Assembly (NCBI GenBank): GCA_026936335.1
Contig: JAPMXV010000053.1
Location: 372,001-436,000, forward strand
DNA from: Mantamonas sphyraenae STR306
Taxonomy: Eukaryota > Protista > CRuMs
Direction: 5' to 3'
DNA: 64,000 nucleotides
Both the position numbers and the translations under genes were made by a program. The notes under the pieces were generated by a model. The model was not told the origin of the DNA. It saw nothing but the letters and a program-made list of their open reading frames with translations, and searched no databases. Shown here one piece after another: positions 21,458 to 32,632 of this stretch; within the stretch, counting starts at the first letter, position 1, and the number at the start of each line of letters is the position of its first letter.

Positions 21458-24450
21458 TCACAAGTATTCTGGGTCGTTGGTGACGCGGAACACGCTGATG
21501 AGACCCTCGTAGTCAGCAGTGACAATCACCTGACCGCGAAGGGTCTCTGCTGGATCGAGGTCAAGGTTTGTGGTGCTCTGCGGGGCCATGACGGCACACG
21601 TGATGACGCCTCCCTTGCCAGGGGGCTGGAAGCACTCGTAGGATTCGTTGTGGTCCTTGCGGTGGCCTGTAAAGAGCGGGTTGATGGAGGGCACGTACGG
21701 ATTCTCAGTGTTCCACAGGTAGACATGTCTGTCCTCGCTGCCACACACGATAAAGTTGCCCCGGTCGTTGAAGGAGGCGCCAATCTGGCTCTGCTGGTTC
21801 TTGAGGCCCTTGTACTTGCAAAACAGCGAGTGGTCGTTCATGTGGTACAGGCGCACGCGCGAGTCGTTGCTGGTGACGAGCAGCTTGTCGCCGTCCGGAT
21901 TGATGCGGATGCCCGTGATCTTTTTGCCCTTTGAGTTCTTCCCGCGGGAGGAGCGCACGTGCAGCTGGGCGTGGTACTTGAGGCGTTCGGTTTCGTAGAA
22001 GGAGACGCGCCCGGCAAAGGAGCCTGCAATGACCATCTTGCCGTCGGGGGTGAAGCAGGTGGCTGTGATGGCGCCCTGTGTGTGCACATAGCTGACCACA
22101 TTGCAATCGATGATATTCCAGATGCGCAACTTCTGGTCCATGGAACCCGACAGAAACAGGCGGTCGTCTTTGGGGTGAAAGTCCACCGAAGTGACAAAGT
22201 CGCGGTGGCGGAAGATGCGCAGGCATTCTCCGCGATGCACGTGCCACAGGCGCACGGTCTTGTCCATGGAAGAGGTGAGGAGGAAGTTGCTCTTGCTCCA
22301 CGAGAGATCGAGGACGTCCTGCACGTGGCCTTCAAACACGCGGTATGGCTTGGCTTCAAACACGGCGTCCCCGTTCAGGTGCACATCTGCAGGCACCCTG
22401 CTGTCTTCCTCTGCACCACTGGTTGCATCGTGCGAGGAGCTGGACGATGATACGGTGTCATGCTCATGGTCTCCGTCCTCGCTGGTGTTGTTGTTGGTGT
22501 TGCCCTGAGCATCACCCTCGTCATCTCCACCACTCTCGCCGTGCTCGCCCAAGCCGTCGTTTGCGTCGACGGCAACCCAGATGCGCACGACGCTGTCGAA
22601 GCCCGCTGTGGCTAGGAACTCGCCGGTGTGGTTGAACTTCATGACCCAAATGGCACCTGTGTGTTCGCCGAGCAGCTGTTCGGTGACCAGACCGGACACT
22701 TCTTGGCGCTCTTTCTTGTGCGCAGTGACCTTGATGTCCTGAGTGTCGGACGCGTCCTCGTCGCTGTCGCTGCCGCCCTTGAACAGGCGCATAAACTTTT
22801 TGCGCTTGCTGCCTTTCTTCTTGCGCTTGCCCTCGTCGTCCGAATCCGACTCGTCATCGGAATGTCCCAGGTGCTCGCGCGTCTCTTCGTCTTTGTGCAA
22901 CAGCTGCGTGATGGGGTCCAGCTCCTTCATAAAGGTCTCTTCGGCCTGCGCAATGGTGTACATCTTGCCAGACTCCAGGTCCTTGATGATAAACTCGGTT
23001 TCGATAAACTCTTCCTCATCGATCGCGTCGCCTTCTTCGAAAACGCGCTTGGTTCCGCCCTGGAAGTGGCCCAGGGACATGGAGTCCTCGTCCACGAGCG
23101 GGGCCACAGACGCAGAGGCGGCGGAGGACGCGATGGCATCACCTGTGGGTGGTGTCGTGTTTGTGACCACATCGACGGTGGTGGCGGTAGTGTTGGTGGT
23201 AGTGTTGGTGGTGGCGGTGGTGGTGGTGGTGGTGGTGTCTGACGCAGCAGATTCAGGATTGTCGTGACTGGCTGATGTTGGTGCCTGCTCGTCGGGGATG
23301 TCCGCTGGAGGTTCCGATGGTGAGGTGGTAGAAGACGACGGCTGTGCCTCTTGGGTCTCTGTGTGCTGTGGCTGCTGTGGCTGGGGTGGATCAAGGTCGT
23401 CCGCCTCGTGTTGGACGCGCGGTTCATCCTTTTGGGGTGCACTCTGCTGTACATGTGCGTTGTCCAACTGTTGTTCCACAGGTTGCTGTGGCTGGGGAGG
23501 TTCAAGGTCAAGCTGTGGCTCAGGCTGTGGTTCGGGTTCGGGTTCGGGTTCGGGTTCGGGTTCGGTGGCAGCGCTTGTGTCTTGCACCACGACAGTGTTG
23601 GGCGTGGCAGTCACATCCACGTGGGATACCGTAGTTGTGGTGGGTGTGGTGGCAGTGGCATCGTCTTGAGCTTGTGTGGGTGTGGGTGTGGATTGACCTG
23701 TGTAGGCTGCATCGATGGCCTGCAGATCCTCGTCCAGGGAGTCGTCCGAGTCGCTGCCGTCTGCGTCGACGCTGAAGCGCACACGCCGTGCACTGGGCGT
23801 CCGCTTAATGTCTTCTGCGTCGTCGATCACCATGCCCATGTCCTCGTCCTCGTCGCGGTGCTTGAGCACAGATTGGATCACCGGTTCCTGCACGTGGTCT
23901 GCTGTTGCCACGTCCACGTCCACTTCCGTGTCGTCTTTCTCTTGGGCGTGTGAGATATCTGCGTCTGCGTCTGTGTGTGTGTCTGCGGCTGGTTCTTCTT
24001 TGCTGTCGGTAGTGATGGTTTGCTCCACTGCATCCTGCTGCGGCAGCGGGTGGTCAAGTGAATTCCCAGTGTCGTCAGCGGCCGGGTGGACGTCGTGTAC
24101 GTCCACCTCGTTGGCGGACGGCTGCTCCACCACCTGTTCCCGTACCTGTGTGTGTACGGGTACCACGTCTTCTTCGTCTTCTTCCTCGTCGTCCACATCT
24201 TCCTGCTGGACGGCAAGAACTTCGTGGCCATCCACGACCGTCACCGTCTTTGGGGGCACATACTCAAAGTCCTCGCCCTCGTCGCCGTCAAACAGCTCCG
24301 ACTCGCCCTCGCTGGCTGTGGCAAAGCCTGCGTCGACAGAGTCGCTCTGGGACAGCGAGGTGGTGGAGCTCAGGTGAGCTGCCATGGACGAAGCGCTGAA
24401 GCTGTAGAAGCGTTCGCGAGTGCGCCCCTCTCCTTCGTCGTCTGCGTCCC

Positions 24451-24484
<34 letters not shown>

Positions 24485-24880
24485 GACCACGGGAGGACTG
24501 TCCCTCTGTGGCTGTGAATCCGTCTTGCTGCTCGTGTCCTCAGATGTCGTGTGCACCTCGTGCGTGGTCTCTCCATCTGCGTTTTGTTCGTCGTGGTTTG
24601 CAGCCGGCGGGTTCGTGTCCTCAGCCGCATTCTCCTGTACATCGGTGCTGCTGGATTCACTGTGTGCATTTGCCATGGCTGTGCTGGCTGTGCTTGTGCT
24701 TTGTGTCTGCTCCCCGGGCTTATCTGCACCCTGCTGTTGCCTCTCGGGTTCTTCAGAGTGCAGCACCGCCTCGGCTGCCTGATTTAGAGTGGCGTCGTGG
24801 AACTCATCGTCCGCATCGAAAAACTCGTCATCGTCCGAGTCGGAATCGTCAGACGACGATGGAGACTCCCAATCGGACAT
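21458..24880 (-). CDS. WDR44: WDR44/Rabphilin-11-like WD40 protein with N-terminal FFAT motifs and a long acidic linker, ~1140 aa
   Basis: N-terminal DDDEFFDADDEFHDA; FIIKDLESGK; EHTGAIWVMKFN..GEFLATAGFD; FEGHVQDVLDLSWSKSNFLLTSSMDKTVRLWH; FRHRDFVTSVDFHPKDDRLFLSGSMD; VRSSRGKNSKGKKITG; LLVTSNDSRVRLY; CKYKGLKNQQSQIGASF. Confidence 0.92.
23529..23564 (-). repeat. (GGTTCG)n hexamer repeat encoding PEPEPE in WDR44
   Basis: Direct tandem repeat. Confidence 0.9.
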
Positions 24881-24941
24881 GTGGGGCGGTTGTTTTGGTG
24901 CGGGTCGAGCGACGGCACAGCCAACCACGAACGAACCGACC
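24881..24941. promoter_or_regulatory. Probable compact bidirectional promoter (WDR44 / TMEM258)
   Basis: 61 nt between divergent ATGs; inferred from layout. Confidence 0.5.
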
Positions 24942-25692
24942 ATGGGCGACCTCCCTGCCATCACCAATCCGTTCAGCCCGCTGATCTCGCAGTCACAGTT
25001 TCCGCTGCTCACTGTCATCTTTCTGGGCATCGGTCTCTTCCTTGGCATCTCCTTCTTTGTGTAAGTGCAGGAAATGCAGCGTCGCTGGCCTCCTCCATGC
25101 CGCCCCGGCCCCCTTCAGAAGCACATGGAGGGCACGCACGCAATGTGTGCGGTGTCGACATGACATGTGCGACGTGTGTACAGGCGCACGTGTGCACCTG
25201 TGCTGTAGCGGACGCGCGCTAGGAGTGCAAAGAACGCGCTCGCCACGCGTTGTCTTTGCGCCTGGCCCTTTTCGCAGGCCTTGTGCGGCCGTTGCGTGCA
25301 CGTGTGTCCCCCAGACGTGGCCACCGACGACGCAGGAGGGCTGCTTGTGCACATTCTGAGCCACCTCGTTTTGCAAGCCACAGATGGTCACCCATGGTGA
25401 CGGATGGCGGTCGAGGTGGCCACGTCAACACGTGGCGAACCCTCTTTGCCTTCTCCCACGCGCACGCAATTCCGTGTACTCGCCCATACTCACATGCACA
25501 CATCATCGTACACACATGCACACACATGGCGCATGCTTGCATGCCGTGCTGCTCCCTGAACACAGTTCTGAGGTCACTTCGACCAAGGAGAAGCGCAACC
25601 TGGTCACGGAACTGCTGTCTGCCCTGGTTGCCTCTGTATTCCTGGGCGTTGGCACCCTCTTTCTCATGCTCTGGACAGGAATCTATGTGTAG
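24942..25692 (+). CDS. TMEM258: Oligosaccharyltransferase subunit TMEM258/OST5, exons 24942-25060 and 25566-25692, 81 aa
   Basis: [21 protein letters not shown]|[41 protein letters not shown]; GTAAGT...ACAG intron of 505 nt, phase consistent. Confidence 0.93.
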
Positions 25693-25808
25693 AGAGTGTG
25701 TGGGACATGCTGGACAACAAAGCCGAAGTTTGTGGTGTTTTCAAATTTGTTTGTGCCTTCTTTCTTGTCTCCTGGCCGCTGAGAAGCCCTACAGAAGCAC
25801 GACGCCGC

Positions 25809-26331
25809 TCATGAGTCCAGTGCCTCGAGTTCTTTCCTTCGGGCATCGAGGTGCACTGTGTCTCGAGAGTCAGCGGGGCTGTTCAAGGACACACGGCCAC
25901 AGACACACACGCTGGCACACACTACTTTGGGAACACATCGGCCCACGCACGCACAAGGGTGACATGTCGGGTGTCTGAGGCCAAACTTACACGTTAAATC
26001 GCTCAGCACCCGTGCATTGTCGGTTTGTTTGTACATCAGTTTTCCGACGCGCACATACACGTCCTGTGAGGTGTGTGTGACATGGGTGACACATGGATTA
26101 GACTCTGAGCTATACAAACGGTGGAATCTGTGGTCCAACCGTACCGCACGTGACCTACCTTGCCCTCTTTGAGCGAACGCAGCTCCCCAACTTGCGTCTC
26201 CAGCAGCTGAATCTGTTCGTCTGCTGCGTCAGCGCGATGTGAAAGGTTGGATCGGCAACGGGGGAAACGCACGTGTGCACGTGCGCGGGCCTTACCTCTT
26301 TGATCAGCGACTCACGTGCAGACAAACTCAT
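25809..26331 (-). CDS. Beta-prefoldin-like microprotein (ASDURF-like), 4 exons: 26296-26331, 26159-26212, 25991-26063, 25809-25855; 69 aa
   Basis: Three GT-AG introns (GTAAGG, GTAGGT, GTAAGT donors; CAG acceptors) join in phase to MSLSARESLIKEIQLLETQVGELRSLKEGKDVYVRVGKLMYKQTDNARVLSDLTLHLDARRKELEALDS*. The product is coil - EL..L...VY..VG hairpin - coil, the beta-prefoldin pattern. Confidence 0.78.
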
Positions 26332-26403
26332 GAGTGCATGGGTTTGGGGCGCGTGCGCCGCGCCGCGGCACACACACAAGCCACACGAACCCACGCATCA
26401 ACA
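26332..26403. promoter_or_regulatory. Probable compact bidirectional promoter (prefoldin-like / CaMK)
   Basis: 72 nt between divergent ATGs; inferred from layout. Confidence 0.45.
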
Positions 26404-28176
<1,773 letters not shown>

Positions 28177-28233
28177 TTGCATTGCAGAGTTTCTCAATTG
28201 CGCGTCTTTGCAGCCAACCCATTGGCTCGAGCG

Positions 28234-30133
28234 ATGCAGGTGCGCAGACCCACCCTTCCGGACGTGGCTGCAGAAAACAGGCGCCACAGCACGGTGAACC
28301 TCGTGTGGGCATGTTTGTTCGTCGTGGGTGCTCTCGTGGCCACGTACCACCCGTTCACTCCATGGTTGGTGCGAGCAACGGGCCTGTCCGCCTGGTGGCT
28401 GGACGGCATCAGTCTTCTCCTTGCCCTGCTCTTTCTCGGATTTGCCATCGTTGGGTTCCGTCGCTACTTTGTGCACCGCGACCTCAAAAAAGGACTCGAG
28501 GCGCGCAAGCGCATCTTGTACGGCATGGAGCGTGGAAAGCTGCCGGATTCCCCGGCCCGCTTGCACAGCCCGGCCTCGCGCGGCACCTCGCCCATTCTCC
28601 ACACTCCGGGCAGCGCGGGCTCCAAAGCAGCCTCTTCTTACCTGGGCCCATCCCTCACCAAAGCCAAGCGCTTCGTGGTACGTTTCGCCATGCCTGCTGG
28701 CCCTCCTGGAGGCCGACAAACGCAACCAATGCAGCGCGCGCACAACCTCGCTTCGCCCATCGTCTCCTGACACCCTCTCCTTGCTCACCCGGCGCCGCCG
28801 TGCACAGAACAAGTCGCCCACCAACGACTCGAACGTCGTGGTTGCCGGCACGCCCACGCGTATGTCGCCATACATCGACATGCACCGCCGCGTGACGGCA
28901 GGGAACAGCAGCTCGCCCGCGCGAGAACTGATCATCGACGCAGGCACGCACGTGGACAGCAGTGATGATCTGGATCGCTACCTGGCAGAAGAAGAGGAGC
29001 GCACACGCATGTGGGAGGCCCTCAACAACAGCACAGTGGATGCATCGTCAGGCAATACTTCGTTCTTCTTTGGCGCGGCAAAGAGCCCCGCAAAGGGCGG
29101 GGCGGGCAAGGCGGCAAACACAAGCATGCTGGCCAGCTTCACCACCTTTGCTGCCGATCTCACAAACCGCATGCGCAGCTATCAGCTGAGCTCGCGCCAG
29201 GTTGCGCACAAGGCACACAACACGAAAACAGACATGGCCTTGGAGGCACTGAAGGAGTTGGGCCTCAGCAGCATCGTAGACGAGGGTATTGTCATGGTGC
29301 GTGAATGGCTGGGATCCCAGATTGTCACCTACATGCCACGGGCACAGTCCAACCACGTGGCGTTTGAGAACTTTGCCATGGAAAGTGAGGAGGCTGCGGT
29401 GCTGTTTGCCGAGCCCATGGTGAGGTACAACTACGTGCAAGAGACGCTACTCAAGCTCAAAGGACCCAAGGAGTACCTTGCAGCACGCATCCAGGAGCTG
29501 TGCGAACACGGCCGTCTGGCCAACTTTCGCTGGAACGCGGGCGGCGAGTACCGCACCAAGGAGTGGACCGAAGCGCTGCCCAACGACTCGGAGGTGGTCA
29601 TGCACCTCTTTCTCCACGTGCTCTACTTTATGATCCATGGTCTCGACGACGCCCACATGGACCTCGCCACCTTTGTTTCGGGCATCTTTTCCGTGGACAG
29701 TCCTGAAGCCAACGCCACGGGCTGCCGCATTGTACAGAAGAAACGCAACCCGCCGCACTATGTTGTGTGGCACGACAAGCCGACCAAAGGCACCTGGGAA
29801 GTGGTGGCCGGGCGGAACAACCTCTTTCACGCTATTCTCCTTTGGATGTTTTACATCCACAAGTACCAAAACGGACGCTACCACCTCCTCAACCTGCGTC
29901 ACTTGGGCCTCGATGGCCTCTTTGACCTCTTTGAGATGGTGCATCCGTCGTACAAACCGTCTGCGCAGGCGTTGGCGAGTCTGGCCGGAGGCAGCAACAG
30001 CAGCAACAGCAGCAGCAGCAGCAGCAAAGGCAAGGGCAAGGCATCTCGTGGCCTGTCCTCTGGGTTCGGCTCTGCTGGAAGCGACTACGCAGGGAGCAAG
30101 AGCGGCATCGTCGTGGGCGGGTCTTTCCGTTGA
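28234..30133 (+). CDS. TMEM209: TMEM209/NET31 nuclear-envelope protein, exons 28234-28677 and 28808-30133, 589 aa
   Basis: Two N-terminal TM helices and an SP-rich region. EYLAARIQEL...FRWNAGG...W...LPNDSEVVMHLF, PPHY and GRNNLFHAILL motifs. GTACGT...ACAG intron. Confidence 0.88.
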
Positions 30134-30290
30134 CACGTCCACACGCACAAATGAACGCATGAGCAGTTTTGCGCACAAGATGTTAAGTGGGTGGGTGGGC
30201 GGCAAGGAGGAGGAATGGCTTCGCAAGCGGTCATGACGTGTGTGTTTGTTTCGTGGCGCAGGACAAGAGCCAAGGCTGCTTTTCGCTCGC

Positions 30291-30907
30291 TCAATTGAGG
30301 CTGTGTGGGTGTGTACACATATGAGTGTGAGTTTGAGGGCGTGGCCAAATACACACAGGCTTCTTCCATGGCATTGCATCTGTTGCGCTTGCCCAACGCA
30401 GTGGCAACGTAAAGCCAAGCCAGGCGGTTGCGCTCAAAAAGCTCGCCGCGCGTGCACTCATTGCAGCTGTGGTTGCATCAGACACGTGCTGTGCAGGTGG
30501 TCTCCACACATATGCACACACGCACAGTGGCATCGCGTGCACAAACAGCGCACCCGTGGGATCTGAAGGGAGGTGGAGGGCCACGTCACAAAGGCATGCA
30601 CCTGGTCCACCGTTGCGTCCCGACGCCTCACGGCATCTCCGTGGCATCGTCGGAGTCACCATGGCTGTCCGTGCATACAAAAAAACACGTGTAGGCATGG
30701 GCCCTTGGGTTCGGGAGAGTGGGTGCGTCTCCATGTCGAGCGGCAGGCTCCGCTTGCGTTTGCGAGAGGGGGCGGCCGCGCGAGGCCGTCCCTCCTGTTG
30801 GATACCTACCGTTGCTGGGCCACCACGTGGTGGTAGTACACAATCAAGCTGAAGATTGTGACACCAAGAAAATTGGCAAAGTACATCAACTGCTCATCCG
30901 TAATCAT
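30291..30907 (-). CDS. OST4: Oligosaccharyltransferase subunit OST4; exons 30810-30907 and 30291-30300 (35 aa), or unspliced 30806-30907 (33 aa)
   Basis: MITDEQLMYFANFLGVTIFSLIVYYHHVVAQQR matches the OST4 pattern MITD.QL..FAN.LG.....L.V.YH. A GTAGGT donor at 30809 and a CTCAC..ACAG acceptor at 30301 add LN*. Confidence 0.92.
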
Positions 30908-32415
30908 GATCGATTGCTGCTGCCGCGGCGGCGCTTGGGCCTCGACTTTGCCACACCCTCGTCCTCGTCCTCGTCCTCTTCATCCTGCTCCTCACTCTCC
31001 TCCCTTGCCCTCTTTCCGTACTCTTCGACCCCCACAATGGCACTGGCCCCTCCCAAGTCTTCGTTGTCGTCTTCCTGCGGCGTTTCGGGCACCACCGCGA
31101 CACGCCCGTCATGCTCGCCATCGTCCTCAGCAGGGATGTCTGAAGCGTCGAGCTCCTCCAACACACGCACCATGCCCTGCAAGCCCATGTGATGCGACAG
31201 GTGGTCCAGCAGCTCGTGTTTGGACACGTCCAACAGCCGAGCCAGTGCGGGGCAAGGCTGCCAGGCTCGCATCTGTGCACGCAGCTCCTGCTGCGCATCC
31301 TCCTCCTCACGCGCTGCCCAGAATTTGAATGACTTGCGTGCGGCAATAAACATTTTCAGCGATGCCTCAATACTCCCGCTCATCTGTGCCTCCAGGTCGC
31401 CCGCAAACTCGCTCCAGAAGAGCGCAAGCAGGGAGGCCAGCGCACCACTGCCCACAGCCAGCGGGTCAACCTCGCAGCCCAGCAGCACGTCCAACACCAT
31501 GTCTGCGTTGGTTTCTGCAAACACGAGCACCAGTTGGCTGGCCCGCTTCAGCCTGCTGTCGTGCACTTCGAGCGCGTCACCGCCACTCGTCGCCCTGACA
31601 CAAGGGTAGTGGCAGGCCAGCGTCAGCCAGAACAGAAGGATTTGCGTCACAAGCAAGCCCGACTCCGGGTGCAGCAGCTCCGCCAGCGCAGTCATGGTCA
31701 CCATGCGCTCCATTTGCGCGTATATCCGACGCACAGCGGACCCTTTTGTGTTTAGGGTCAGGTCGTCCTCCTGTTGTGCCTCGATACACGCGTAGGCATG
31801 CTCACACAGCTGAGATACACAGTCCAACAGCGCCATCTGGTGTCCGGCTGTGTCCAAAGCCATGACTTGGCCCAGCGCGCAAGTGCGCTGGCACACTCCG
31901 CTCCATGCTACCGCATACGCGTCCAGATCCTCTGCTTCCTCCAACTGGTGCATCTGGCCTTGGAACCACAGCAACATTGCGTCGGGAGAGCCTTGCTCGC
32001 TTGAAAGCAGGCACGCCAGCCACTGCCGAGCGAGCTGGCCCTGAGCCTGCGTTTCCGCCTCTGCGATCTCCTGCAACAGCTCCACTGCACCCTGCTCACT
32101 CAGCATGTTGCACGCCGCCAATGATTCACTGTAGCTCGCTGTGCTCAGTGTGCTCTTGCCACCTTGCCCTTGCTGTCCTGCTCTGGAAGCGTTGTCCGTG
32201 TTGGCTTCCAGCTGCATTTCGTCGGCCCACGACGCCGCCTCTGCTTCTGTGACTGTCTCGTTGTCCATTCCTGCTGCGCTCAACGCCTGGTGAAGCACCT
32301 CTTGCCACTCGTTTGCGCTCACCTGGCTCAGCCACCCTTGTTGGCTTTGCGGCGTGTTGGCGACGACGCTCTCGCGCAGCTCCTCCAACACCTGTTCTCG
32401 TTTGCCACCGCTCAT
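30904..32415 (-). CDS. Hypothetical alpha-helical protein with acidic tail and C-terminal basic NLS-like PKRRR, ~503 aa
   Basis: Long ORF with coding-like composition filling the gap between known genes; no family recognised. Confidence 0.72.
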   Translation of the reverse strand: MSGGKREQVLEELRESVVANTPQSQQGWLSQVSANEWQEVLHQALSAAGMDNETVTEAEAASWADEMQLEANTDNASRAGQQGQGGKSTLSTASYSESLAACNMLSEQGAVELLQEIAEAETQAQGQLARQWLACLLSSEQGSPDAMLLWFQGQMHQLEEAEDLDAYAVAWSGVCQRTCALGQVMALDTAGHQMALLDCVSQLCEHAYACIEAQQEDDLTLNTKGSAVRRIYAQMERMVTMTALAELLHPESGLLVTQILLFWLTLACHYPCVRATSGGDALEVHDSRLKRASQLVLVFAETNADMVLDVLLGCEVDPLAVGSGALASLLALFWSEFAGDLEAQMSGSIEASLKMFIAARKSFKFWAAREEEDAQQELRAQMRAWQPCPALARLLDVSKHELLDHLSHHMGLQGMVRVLEELDASDIPAEDDGEHDGRVAVVPETPQEDDNEDLGGASAIVGVEEYGKRAREESEEQDEEDEDEDEGVAKSRPKRRRGSSNRS

Positions 32416-32632
32416 GCTCCTGGTTGACCTTTTCAAATGCTCACGGATTCGGTGCGCAGGGTTCGCACTGCTGGGGCTCGATGGACTGCCCCGTCACGCG
32501 CCCCCACCGCAACAAGCTTTCTCCTTTCTTGGTAGGTGTGACACTGCATACCCCCGCCCTCCCCCCCTCCCACCCCGCCAACACACACACTCACTCACAC
32601 AGTTGACCTCATCTCCTTAGTGCACATCCATC

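Noticed and set aside
30904-32415. Fanconi anaemia core-complex identity for the hypothetical helical protein
   Set aside because: Only generic helical, Leu-rich character and an NLS; no diagnostic motif.
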